Assembly: GCA_963776345.1 (NCBI GenBank)
Contig: CAVZMH010000014.1
Location: 1 to 64,000 of the forward strand
Direction of reading: 5' to 3'
Source: an uncultured delta proteobacterium
GTDB taxonomy: Bacteria; Myxococcota; Myxococcia; Myxococcales; Myxococcaceae
DNA: 64,000 nt
Notes under the pieces: model-generated
Database searches by the model: none
What the model saw: only the letters and a program-made list of their open reading frames with translations
What the model was told of the DNA's origin: nothing
Made by a program: the position numbers and the translations under genes
Part shown: positions 52,477-61,982 of the stretch, one piece after another
Layout of the letters: the number at the start of each line of letters is the position of its first letter
Numbering within the stretch: the first letter of the stretch is position 1

Positions 52477-53445
52477 TCAGCGCTCGCCGGAGGCGGGCCG
52501 CTCGAGCGTCATCGCGACCGAGTTCGCAAGCTGCTCGGAGAAGAGCCGGTTGTTGAAGAGCGCCCAGGCGGGCGCCACGGTGACGTCGGCGACGGGAAGG
52601 TTGCCCCGGACGCCCGCGACGGGAAGGTTGCCCCGGACGTCGGCGACGGGAAGGTTGCCCCGGACGTCGGCGACGGGAAGGTTGCCCCGGACGTCGGCGA
52701 CGGGAAGGTTGCCCCGGACGTCGGCGACGGGAAGGTTGCCCCGGACGTCGGCGACGGGAAGGTTGCCCCGGACGCCCGCGACGGGAAGGTTGCCCCGGAC
52801 GCCCGCGACGGGAAGGTTGCCCCGGACGCCGGCGACGGGAAGGTTGCCCCGGACGTCGGCGACGGGAAGGTTGCCCCGGACGTCGGCGACGGGAAGGTTG
52901 CCCCGGACGTCGGCGACGGGAAGGTTGCCCCGGACGTCGGCGACGGGAAGGTTGCCCCGGACGTCGGCGACGGGAAGGTTGCCCCGGACGTCGGCGACGG
53001 GAAGGTTGCCCCGGACGTCGGCGACGGGAAGGTTGCCCCGGACGTCGGCGACGGGAAGGTTGCCGGGGGCGCCCCGCACCGACGTCTGGTTCACGACCTG
53101 CACCGCGCGCGCGAGCATCGCCCGCACCGTGGCCGGGTTTCCGCTCCGCGCCGCCCGCGCGAACTCGGCCACGAACCCCGGCTGCGCGCTCTCGACCGCG
53201 TCGATGAGCCGCGCCCGCGCGTCGGACATCGCCGCCAGCTCGCCCTGGTCACTCACGTAGAGTTCGGGCCGCAAATGGTCGCGCGCCTCGGGGAGAACGC
53301 TGGCCAACGGCCCGCTCCCGAACACGACGCCCTCGAGGATCTGCCGATCCGTGAAGTCCTGATTGACCGCGACACCCTGCCCACAACCGAGCGCAGCAAC
53401 CCAGCAGAACGACGTCACGACGACCAGCTTCGCCGAGCGGTGCAT
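52477..53445 (-). CDS. SdpC-family precursor whose core region is 18 tandem GNLPVA(D/G)VR repeats
   Basis: Signal/lipobox-like N-terminus; SdpC-like pro-domain (FTDRQILEGVVFGSGPLASVLPE..PGFVAEFARAARSGNPATV); C-terminal LFSEQLANSVA; directly upstream of the sdpA/sdpB-like genes. Confidence 0.8.
   Translation of the reverse strand: MHRSAKLVVVTSFCWVAALGCGQGVAVNQDFTDRQILEGVVFGSGPLASVLPEARDHLRPELYVSDQGELAAMSDARARLIDAVESAQPGFVAEFARAARSGNPATVRAMLARAVQVVNQTSVRGAPGNLPVADVRGNLPVADVRGNLPVADVRGNLPVADVRGNLPVADVRGNLPVADVRGNLPVADVRGNLPVADVRGNLPVAGVRGNLPVAGVRGNLPVAGVRGNLPVADVRGNLPVADVRGNLPVADVRGNLPVADVRGNLPVADVRGNLPVAGVRGNLPVADVTVAPAWALFNNRLFSEQLANSVAMTLERPASGER
52579..53064 (-). repeat. Coding tandem repeat, 18 x 27 bp
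   Basis: Plus-strand unit ccggacgtcggcgacgggaaggttgcc with variants ccggacgcccgcg.. (x3) and ccggacgccggcg.. (x1); 486 bp, no spacers. Confidence 0.97.
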
Positions 53446-53615
53446 GTGGTCCCCCTGGTGAGGTCAGGCGTGCAGAACGTCATGAGACACACGAATGCCT
53501 ACCCTCGGCAAGTCCTCACCGACCCGCGGGGCTGTTTGCACCTCGGCTCTCCAGCCGGGATGGGTCAAATGGGACAGCGTGTGACGTTGTCACACCTGCA
53601 CAAGGCTACAGGTCG

Positions 53616-55178
53616 CTACAGGGGGATGTTCCCGTGCTTCCGGGCGGGGTTCTCCTGGCGCTTGTCCTTGAGCATCTCCAGCGCCCGGACCAGCTTCTCC
53701 CGCGTCTGCTCGGGACGGATCACCTCGTCGATGTACCCGAGCTCGGCGGCCTTGAAAGGATTGGCGAATTTCTCCCGGTAGTCGGCCACCAGCCGGGCGC
53801 GTTCGGCGGTCTGATCCGACGCCTTTGCCAGCTCGTTGCGGAAGATGATGTTCACCGCCCCCTCGGGCCCCATCACCGCGATCTCCGCCGTGGGCCAGGC
53901 GTAGTTCACGTCCGCCCGGATGTGCTTGCTGGCCATGACGTCGTAGGCCCCGCCGTACGCCTTGCGGGTGATGACCGTCACCTTGGGCACCGTGGCCTCG
54001 GCGAACGCGTAGAGCAGCTTCGCCCCGTGGGTGATGATCCCGCCCCACTCCTGCGCGGTCCCGGGGAGGAACCCCGGCACGTCGACGAAGGTCACCAGCG
54101 GGAGGTTGAAGCAGTCGCAGAGGCGCACGAAGCGCGCCGCCTTCACGCTGGCCGAGATGTCCAGCACGCCCGCGAGCACCGCCGGCTGGTTGGCCACGAT
54201 GCCCACCGAGCGCCCATTCAGTCGCGCGAAGCCCACCACGATGTTCCGCGCGTAGTGCTCGTGCACCTCGAGGAAGTGATGCTGGTCCACCACCGCCCGG
54301 ACGACCTCCTTGATGTCGTAGGGCTTGTTGGGGTTGGGCGGGACCAGCGTCCGGAGCGAATCGTCGGCGCGGAACGGATCGTCCTCGGAGGCGATGACCG
54401 GCGGATCCTCGGCGTTGTTCGAGGGGAGGTACGAGAGCAGCTCGCGGACCGTCAGGATTCCGGCCTGCTCGTTCTCGGCCGCGAAGTGCGCCACGCCCGA
54501 CTTCTGGTTGTGCGCCAGCGCCCCGCCCAGGTCGTCCTTGGTCACCTCCTCGTGGGTCACCGTCTTGATGACCTCGGGGCCGGTGATGAACATGTAGCTG
54601 GTGTCCTTGGTCATCACGATGAAGTCGGTGATGGCCGGCGAGTACACCGCCCCGCCCGCGCACGGGCCGAGGATCAGCGAGATCTGCGGCACCACGCCGG
54701 AGGCCAGCGTGTTGCGGAGGAAGATGTCCGCGTACCCGGCGAGGCTCTCCACGCCCTCCTGGATGCGCGCCCCGCCCGAGTCGTTGAGCCCGACGATCGG
54801 CGCCCCCACCCGGGTGGCGAGGTCCATCACCTTGCAGATCTTCTGGGCGTAGGCGCCGGACAGCGAGCCGCCGAAGACGGTGAAGTCCTGGGCGAAGACG
54901 AAGACCTGCCGGCCGTCGACCCGACCGTAGCCCGTCACCACCCCGTCGCCGGGGATGCGCTTGTCGCCCATCCCGAACTCGGCGCTGCGGTGCATGACGA
55001 ACTTGTCCAGCTCGACGAAGGTGCCGGGGTCGAGCAGGAGGTCCAGCCGCTCGCGGGCGGTGAGCTTCCCCGCCTCGTGCTGCTTGGCGATGCGCTCGGC
55101 TCCGCCGCCGAGCTCGGCCTGCCGCTCCAGGGCGTCCAGGCGGGCGCGGAGCGGGTCTGGGTCGGGAGGGGCATCCAT
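53616..55178 (-). CDS. pccB: Propionyl/acyl-CoA carboxylase carboxyltransferase (beta) subunit
   Basis: [64 protein letters not shown]. Confidence 0.93.
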   Translation of the reverse strand: MDAPPDPDPLRARLDALERQAELGGGAERIAKQHEAGKLTARERLDLLLDPGTFVELDKFVMHRSAEFGMGDKRIPGDGVVTGYGRVDGRQVFVFAQDFTVFGGSLSGAYAQKICKVMDLATRVGAPIVGLNDSGGARIQEGVESLAGYADIFLRNTLASGVVPQISLILGPCAGGAVYSPAITDFIVMTKDTSYMFITGPEVIKTVTHEEVTKDDLGGALAHNQKSGVAHFAAENEQAGILTVRELLSYLPSNNAEDPPVIASEDDPFRADDSLRTLVPPNPNKPYDIKEVVRAVVDQHHFLEVHEHYARNIVVGFARLNGRSVGIVANQPAVLAGVLDISASVKAARFVRLCDCFNLPLVTFVDVPGFLPGTAQEWGGIITHGAKLLYAFAEATVPKVTVITRKAYGGAYDVMASKHIRADVNYAWPTAEIAVMGPEGAVNIIFRNELAKASDQTAERARLVADYREKFANPFKAAELGYIDEVIRPEQTREKLVRALEMLKDKRQENPARKHGNIPL

Positions 55179-55273
55179 GGTGGCAGGCGCTTTAGCACGT
55201 GTGCCAGGATGCTCCGCCGCTCGTCGGAGTCCCGGTGACCGGCCGGACCGGACGCTCGACGGCCCCTGCCCCG

Positions 55274-55861
55274 GTGACCCTGCCGATCCCCGTCCGCTGC
55301 AGCGCCCTCGTCCTGCTGGTGTCGCTCGTCGCCCGGGCCGAACCCGCGCCGGCCGCGGCGACGGAGCCCGTGACGCCGCTGGTGCGGGTGGGGGCCGAGA
55401 CCGGCGGTGGAATCGTCGGTGGGCTGCTGATCGGCGGGGCCGCGGCGTGGATCACCTACGCCACGCTGAACACGCAAGGAGACGACGCCTCGCGGCGGTC
55501 GGCGGCGCAGCTCGCGGGGGCGGTGGGCGTCTCGGTCGGCGCGCCGATCGGCGTCTCGCTCACCGGGAAGCTGCTCGGACGGGAGGGGAGCTTCATCATC
55601 AGCTGGCTCAGCAGCGTGGCCGGGCTGGGCGTGGGCTACGGCATCTACGGGCTGGTTCGCTCCGGGAGCGACAGCCCCGCGGCGAAGGCCACCTACGCGC
55701 TCACGCTCCTGCTCCCGGTGGCGGGCGCGGTCATCGGCTACGAGCTGTCCTCGTCCGGCGAGCCCCAGCCGAACACGGCCACCTCGGACCTCCCGGGGCT
55801 CCTGCCGGCGGTGGCGGTGGGCCCGGGCGGCGCGACCTTCGCGCTGGTCGGCCGGTTCTGA
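55274..55861 (+). CDS. Hypothetical exported/membrane protein
   Basis: Signal-like N-terminus, Gly-zipper TM segments, C-terminal FALVGRF. Confidence 0.6.
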   Translation: MTLPIPVRCSALVLLVSLVARAEPAPAAATEPVTPLVRVGAETGGGIVGGLLIGGAAAWITYATLNTQGDDASRRSAAQLAGAVGVSVGAPIGVSLTGKLLGREGSFIISWLSSVAGLGVGYGIYGLVRSGSDSPAAKATYALTLLLPVAGAVIGYELSSSGEPQPNTATSDLPGLLPAVAVGPGGATFALVGRF

Positions 55862-55883
55862 GGCGCGGGGCGCGTCCGGGGGC

Positions 55884-58085
55884 TCACCCGTCCACGGCGC
55901 GGAGTCGCGGGTCGAGCAGCGCCTCCTCCCAGCGGGCGATGGCCGCCTTGCGCTCGGGCGCGGGCGCATCCGGCGAGTAACCCAGCGTGTCTCCCAGCGC
56001 GTCGGCCAGCTCCTCGGCCGCGGCCGAGCGGAGCCACGGCTCGGGGTGCCTGAGCGCGGCGAGCAGCCACTGCACCCGGCGGTGCCCCTTGTTCTCGGCC
56101 CACCACGCCATCCAGCCGTGGGTGCTGGTGCCGAACGAGGCCCGGGTGAGCTCGATCAGCGCCTCGGCCGCCGCCTGCGCCGAGAGCGCGTCGTCGCTCG
56201 CGGTCAGGCCGATGAGGCCCTCGATCGAGGCACGGTCGTGGAGCACGCCGAGCGCGCGGGCGGCGAGGACCCGCCGCTCGGGGTCCTTCGCCACCAGCTC
56301 CTGGCGCAGGTCGGGGAGCGCCGCCTGGAACCGGGGAAGCCGGCACAGCGCCGTCGCCGCCGCCCGCGCCGCCGAGGATACGTCTGGCTCGGGGTCGAAC
56401 AGCCCGCGCAGCACGCCGGGCACCAGCTCGGGGTACGGCAGGTTCCCCGCGGTGAGCAGCGCCACGTAGCGCGTGTCCGCGTCGGGGGCGTCGAGGAACT
56501 TCGCCAGCGCCCGGGCCCCGGCGGCGCCGAGCCGGGCGAGGCCGGCCGGGACGGGTCCCAGCTCATCCGGCGCGGGCAGCTCGACCACCGGCACCCGGCT
56601 CCAGGCGCTCGGGCCCGGGAACTGCGCGCCGAGCGCCCGTGCCGCGGCGTCCGGCGCGCGGGTGAGATCGGAGATGGCCGCCGCCCGTGCCGTGGCGTCG
56701 GCCCCCACCAGCCGCTCGAGCACCGGGCCGAGGTCGGCCGGCGCCGTCGCAGGCGGGGCACGGTCGAGACCCTCGAGCGTGCGCCTCGGCGCGCCGCCGA
56801 GGCCGAGCGCTCCGGGGGCCTCGGCCGAGGGCGGCTCGTCCTCCGGGAAGCGGCGCTGCTTCCGGAGAACGATCAGCTCGGCGAAGGCGGGGCCCAGGTC
56901 CTGGCAGAAGAGGATCAGCTCCGACAGCCGGCGCTGGCTCACCGGACGCTCCCCGCGGTCTCCGTAGAGCACGGCCACCAGGCGGCCGCGGACCTCGACC
57001 GGGAAGACGAAGACCGAGCGCGGGCGCCGGCCGAGCGCGTCCAGCACCTGCCGGGTGAGCGCGTCGCCGGGGACCGGTCCGGCGTAGCACGCGTGGGCGA
57101 GCGCGGTGGTGCGGAACACCGAGGGCACGTCGAGCGGGAACGAGACCTGCGCGACCGCGATGGCGTCCGCGCCCTCGCCGCGGGCGTCCCATCCCATGGC
57201 GGTCCCGCGCACCACGGCGAAGGCGGCCAGAAAGTCGAAGGTGCGCCGGGCATACCGGAGCACCACGTCCTTGAGCCCCTCGCGATCGCCGGCCACGGCC
57301 CGGAGCGCGGTGCGCGCCTCCGCCAGCGACCAATCCACCACCGGCTCCCGCCCGCGCGCGCCGTCCGCCGCCGTGCCGCGCGCCCGGCGCGGTCCCCGGG
57401 GCCGCGCTGGCTCGGGTTGCCAGGCGGGAAGCTCGGGCTCGGCCGCGGCGACGCCGGCCTCGAGCGCCTCCAGCAACGAGCCGGACGACTCCAGCGCGAG
57501 CGGCGGCTCGGGCTCGGGCGGAGGCTCGGGGCGGGGGTTCATCAGGGGGAGCGGCTCCTGGGCGACTGCCCGGGCCGCCTGCTCCGCCATCTCGGTGGCC
57601 AGCCGCTCCTCGAGCGTGGGCCCCAGCGTCCCGAGCAGCGCGGAGTCACGGGCCGGCAGCGGCGCGCCGTAGATCTGCGTGCGCCAGGCGCGGACCCGCA
57701 CGTCGGTCGAGACCCACGGCGCCACCGAGCGCCCCAGCTTCCGGACCAGGGCCTCCAGGCCGCGCATCGGCACCGGGTACGGGACGGCCACGTGGAGCAT
57801 CCCGTCCTCGACCGAGAGCGGGGCGAGGTTCAGCCGCTCGGCGTCCTCACGTGGCAGGGCGGCGGCCATCGCTGGATTGGGCACGTAGTCGGCGAGGTAG
57901 ATGGGCTGGAGCCCGCTCACCTCGCCCAGCGCGGTCACGAGATCCTGCTCGCGGACCGCGCCCATTTCCAAGAGAAGCGTGTCCATCGCCCCCCCCACCA
58001 GGGCCTGCGAGCGCAGCGCATCCTCGGCCCGCTCCGGGGTCAGCAGACCGCGGGCGACGAGGTGCTCTTCCAGACGTTCGGTCAT
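55884..58085 (-). CDS. Myxobacterial FrgA-like protein (GspE N-terminal-like domain, GAF-like region, HEAT repeats)
   Basis: RLEEHLVARGLL..GGAMDTLLLEMG N-domain, VFPVEVRGRLVAVLYGD, C-terminal HEAT repeats. Confidence 0.65.
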   Translation of the reverse strand: MTERLEEHLVARGLLTPERAEDALRSQALVGGAMDTLLLEMGAVREQDLVTALGEVSGLQPIYLADYVPNPAMAAALPREDAERLNLAPLSVEDGMLHVAVPYPVPMRGLEALVRKLGRSVAPWVSTDVRVRAWRTQIYGAPLPARDSALLGTLGPTLEERLATEMAEQAARAVAQEPLPLMNPRPEPPPEPEPPLALESSGSLLEALEAGVAAAEPELPAWQPEPARPRGPRRARGTAADGARGREPVVDWSLAEARTALRAVAGDREGLKDVVLRYARRTFDFLAAFAVVRGTAMGWDARGEGADAIAVAQVSFPLDVPSVFRTTALAHACYAGPVPGDALTRQVLDALGRRPRSVFVFPVEVRGRLVAVLYGDRGERPVSQRRLSELILFCQDLGPAFAELIVLRKQRRFPEDEPPSAEAPGALGLGGAPRRTLEGLDRAPPATAPADLGPVLERLVGADATARAAAISDLTRAPDAAARALGAQFPGPSAWSRVPVVELPAPDELGPVPAGLARLGAAGARALAKFLDAPDADTRYVALLTAGNLPYPELVPGVLRGLFDPEPDVSSAARAAATALCRLPRFQAALPDLRQELVAKDPERRVLAARALGVLHDRASIEGLIGLTASDDALSAQAAAEALIELTRASFGTSTHGWMAWWAENKGHRRVQWLLAALRHPEPWLRSAAAEELADALGDTLGYSPDAPAPERKAAIARWEEALLDPRLRAVDG

Positions 58086-58115
58086 TCGCCGGCCGCCATA
58101 CTAGGGCGGCGCGCG

Positions 58116-60271
58116 TCAGCCGGGACGGACGACGAACGTCTGGGTCAACTTGTCGTGCAGCGTCTGTCCGCGCCGGTCGAAGAGGGCCAGCCAGAACCCG
58201 GCGAGGAAGGGGACGAACGAGACCACCGCCAGCACCGCGCGGGCGATGGCCCGGCCAGGTGCCGGAGCCAGGCCGGTGCGGTCCACCAGGCGGATGCCGA
58301 GGAGGCGCCTTCCCGGGGTGCGGCCGTCCCAGAGCAGCGCGAAGGCGGCGGTGTAGACGAGGCCGAGCACCAGCGCGAGGGCGACGCACGGAGCGAGCAC
58401 CGCGTGGAGCTGGTGCACCCGGGCCATCACCCCGTCGATGCCGCTGAGCTGGGTGGTCGGGACTCCGTGCGGGGCGATGAGCGCCGCCGCCAGGCCGACG
58501 TAGACAGCCAGCACGGCGCCGACCAGCGTGCCGTCCACGATGAAGGCGGTGATGCGCTGCCACAGGGCGGCGGGGCGGGCGCGGACCTCGATGATCTCGG
58601 GGTCGGGCGCGACACCGGCCAGGTCCCGGGGTCGGTGGAGGCGAACGCCGGGGCGGGGAGAGGCTCGATGCGCGGCGTGCGCGTCGGGGTGGGGTGAGGG
58701 GACGGCGCGGGCGGTTCCGAGCCCAGCAGCTCGGTCATCATCGGCGAGGAGGGTGTGGTGGTCGCCGGGGTGAGCGGCGTCGGCCCTTCCGGGAAGCGCG
58801 GCTCGGTCGGGGGGAGAGGCTCGGTCCGCGGAGCGACGCCCATCAGCTCGGCCATCGTCGGCGACATCGGGGCCGGTCCGCGCCCGGGAGCCGGCCGTGG
58901 CTCCACGGGCGTCAGGATCGGCGGGCCCATGGCCGGCGTGGGCTCCTCGGTGAAGCGGGGTGTCCGCGCGGCCGCGGCGGGGGTCGACGGAGAGCTCGGC
59001 GCTCTCGCAGGCGCGGCCGGCCGATCGGCCTGCGCGGGCGTCGACGTGCGCGGGGTGAGGCCCGGCATCGGAGGCGTGGTCGGCGCCGCGACCGGCTCGC
59101 GTGCCGTGGCGGTCCTGGGGGCGGCGCTCGGTGCTGGAGCGGCGCCCGCGGCGGGTGCTGCGCGAGGCTGCGGTGTCGTCGTGAGGGGAGGGGTCCGCGT
59201 CGCGGCCGGGGGCACCGGCGCTGGCGGTCGTGGCTCCAGGGCGGCAAGAGGCATCGGCGCGGGCGGAGCGGCGCCCGTGGCCGGGCGGGCGGAGGAGCCG
59301 GGCCGGGGCTCCTCGGGAGAGCGTGGCATCTGGGACGCCGGGACGGACGGGGAGCTCGGCGCCCTCGGCGGGGGCAGTGGCTGCGTGGACCGTGCCGTCG
59401 ACGGAAGCGAGCTGCCGAGGGCTGGACCCGGCGCCGCCGCGGGGGTGGACCCGGGGACGGAACCTGCCGGGGGCGCACGGGGACCGGGGGGCCCGGAGGT
59501 GGAGGCCGTGGATGGCCCGGCGCCCGGTGCGGCAGGGCGCGGGGCCGCGGGCCAGGCAGCGGCTGCCGCCTGCGCCTGAGCGGTGCGCGGGTCCGGTGAG
59601 CGCGCGGTGGGCCCGGTTGCCGGCGGGGCCGGGGTGGCCGTCAAGGTGGGCGGGCGCGGCAACGGCGAGGAGCCCGCGCCGGTGGGGACGCTGCTCGCGC
59701 TCCGGGGTGGCGGGAGTCCCGCTCCGGCGGGCGCTGCCGGCGGTGCCGAGGGCGTCATCGAGCGCGGCCAGGACGGCATCGTGGTCGACGGGATCGGCGC
59801 CGGAGGGCGGCGCGGGCTCGCCGTCGGCCCGGCCGGGCTCGCCGTCGAGGACGGCGCCCCGGGGGAGGTCGTCGGGCGCGCACCAGGAATAGGCGTGGCG
59901 CCCGCCGGGCCTGGCGGCGCGCGTCCGGGAGCGGCTGCTCCTGCGCCCTGGCCCGGGGCGGCGCCGGGAGGGGGCCGCGGCACGGGTGTCAGCACCGGAG
60001 GCCGGGAGGCGAAGGCTGCGCCCGGTCGCGGGACGGGCGTCAGCATGGGGATGTGGTGGCCCGGCGTGGGTGCTCCCGGCGGCTCGAGCTGGAAGGGCGC
60101 GGGCGTTGCGCGCGACGGCGTCGGCGGCGGGGTCTGGCGACGGTCGAGCGAGAGGTCCCGGCTCAGGATCTCCGGCGGCGGCGGCGCGGGCATGCCCGGT
60201 TCGCAGGCCGTGCAGTCGCCGTGTGGCGGCAACTCGGCGCCGCATCTCAGGCACTTGGACACGTCGGGCAT
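58116..60271 (-). CDS. RDD family protein with N-terminal zinc ribbon and long Pro/Ala-rich linker (frameshift near 58625)
   Basis: KCLRC..CTAC at the N-terminus (ORF 58427..60298); RDD motifs WQRITAFIVD, TPGRRLLGIRLV, QTLHDKL in ORF 58116..60383. Confidence 0.78.
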
Positions 60272-60396
60272 GAAAGGCCGGATGCCCGGGGGACGCAAGA
60301 AACGGGCAGGCAGCCTGTTCGCCCGGGACCGGTCGCCCCCCGGGGAAAGGTGCCAAACACCTCGTTACCGAGGTGCCAATCACCTCGTGACCGACC

Positions 60397-61116
60397 TCAG
60401 CCGAGGAGCCCGTCGAGGTGACGGAGCACCGCCAGCGCGGCGAGCCCGGCAGTTTCCGTCCGGAGTACCAGGGGCCCGAGCGAGACCGGCACGCCGCCGG
60501 CGGCGCGCAGCGCCGCGACCTCCTCGCGCGCGAGCCCGCCCTCGGGGCCGACCACCAGCGCCACCGGCCCGTCTCCCGCCGCGCGGCCCAGCCGCTCCGT
60601 CCGCTCCTCCTCGTCGAGCACCAGCAGCCGCACGCCCGCGGTGAGCGCCCGCACCGCCTCGTCGAGCGGACGGAGCGCTGCCACCTCGGGAACGTCCGTC
60701 CGGCCCGACTGCCGCGCCGCCTCCTCCACGATGCGCTGCCAGCGCGCGTGCCGGGCCGCCAGCGCCTCGGGCTTCGGCCGCGCCACCGACCGTGCCGTCA
60801 GCACCGGCCACACCGCCGAGACGCCGAGCTCGGTCGACTTCTGCAGCAGCCAGTCCAGCTTGTCCCCCTTGGGCAGCCCCTGGAGGAGGACCACGCTCCG
60901 CCCCGCCACGCCCCGCCGCTCGTCGCCGAGCCGGATCACCGCCGCGCCCTCGTCGATCGACTCGAGCCACGCCGCCCAGGCCCGCCCGCGGCCGTCGAAC
61001 ACCTCCACCGCCTCGCCCGGCACCACCCGGGCCACGCGCAGGTGGTGCAGCACCGGGCCTTCCACCCGGAGGCGCTCGGGAACGGGCGTGGGGACCTCGA
61101 GGCGGAGGCGGAACAT
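60397..61116 (-). CDS. rsmE: 16S rRNA m3U1498 methyltransferase
   Basis: HHLRVARV, KGDKLDWLLQKSTELGV, EAARQSGR, VGPEGGL, LGPLVLRTETA. Confidence 0.95.
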   Translation of the reverse strand: MFRLRLEVPTPVPERLRVEGPVLHHLRVARVVPGEAVEVFDGRGRAWAAWLESIDEGAAVIRLGDERRGVAGRSVVLLQGLPKGDKLDWLLQKSTELGVSAVWPVLTARSVARPKPEALAARHARWQRIVEEAARQSGRTDVPEVAALRPLDEAVRALTAGVRLLVLDEEERTERLGRAAGDGPVALVVGPEGGLAREEVAALRAAGGVPVSLGPLVLRTETAGLAALAVLRHLDGLLG

Positions 61117-61124
61117 TCCCTGAC

Positions 61125-61982
61125 TCAGCCGACGCGGAAGTCGAGCCGCACCCAGTCGCCGATGCGGGCGCCGCCGTCGGACACCGCGCCCGCGCGCTCG
61201 AACGCCTCGCGCACCTCGTCCTCCTGGTGGATGAGCACCCCCGCCAGCACCAGGCGGCCGCGGGTGTGCCGGACCAGCGCCGGCGCGAGCTCCACCAGCG
61301 TGTTGGCCAGGATGTTCGCCAGCACCAGGTCGAAGGGTCCCTGGACCGCCTCGAGCGTGGCGCCGGAGAGCTCCACGCCCTCGATGCCGTTCGCCGCCGC
61401 GTTCTCCCGGGCCAGCGTCACCGACATCGGGTCGTTGTCCACGCCCACCACGCGGGCCGCCCCGAGCTTCCGGGCCATCAGGGCGAGCACGCCCGTCCCG
61501 GTGCCCACGTCGAGCACCGAGGCGCCCGGGTGTGCGGTGCAGAACGCCTCCACCGCGGCGAGGCACAGCGCGGTGGTCGGATGGTCCCCGGTGCCGAAGG
61601 CCATCTTCGGCTCGATGGTGAGCGCCACCGTCCCGCCAGGCGCGCTCTCCCACGGCGGCCCCACCCAGAGCCGGCCCACGCGCGTGGAGCGGATGCGCGA
61701 TCGCCAGGCCGTGGACCAGTCGGTGTCCGGCGCCTCCTCCAGCACTCCGCGGACTGCCGGCACCCAGGCCCGCACGTCCTCCAGCGCCGCCTCGGCCGGC
61801 GCGCGCCCGTCGAACCAGGCGACCACGATGGCCTCTCCTGGCGAGGGTCCGCGCACCCCGGGCATCGGCGGGGCCTCCCGGTCGCGGATCTCGAGGCCGG
61901 TGGCGCCCGCGTCCCAGAGGAGCGCCTCCACCCGCTCGGCCTCGGGCTCGGGCACGTCCAGGCTCAGCGAGACGGCGCTCAC
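61125..61982 (-). CDS. prmA: 50S ribosomal protein L11 methyltransferase
   Basis: EPKMAFGTGDHPTT, VLDVGTGTGVL, DLVLANIL. Confidence 0.93.
   Translation of the reverse strand: MSAVSLSLDVPEPEAERVEALLWDAGATGLEIRDREAPPMPGVRGPSPGEAIVVAWFDGRAPAEAALEDVRAWVPAVRGVLEEAPDTDWSTAWRSRIRSTRVGRLWVGPPWESAPGGTVALTIEPKMAFGTGDHPTTALCLAAVEAFCTAHPGASVLDVGTGTGVLALMARKLGAARVVGVDNDPMSVTLARENAAANGIEGVELSGATLEAVQGPFDLVLANILANTLVELAPALVRHTRGRLVLAGVLIHQEDEVREAFERAGAVSDGGARIGDWVRLDFRVG

Noticed and set aside
52579..53064. CRISPR array
   Set aside because: The 27-bp units are directly adjacent with no unique spacers, are a multiple of 3 inside an ORF with sensible flanking domains, and no cas genes are in the window
52349..53781. 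Plus-strand repeat ORFs (ATGRLPRTS)n and (GDGKVAPDV)n as real genes
   Set aside because: These are antisense shadows of the stop-free repeat. The minus frame has a signal peptide, an SdpC-like pro-domain and operon coupling to sdpA/sdpB
58630..60200. Collagen-like or PE-PGRS-like Gly-rich plus-strand proteins
   Set aside because: These are antisense reads of the Pro-rich linker of the RDD gene; there is no Gly-X-Y periodicity
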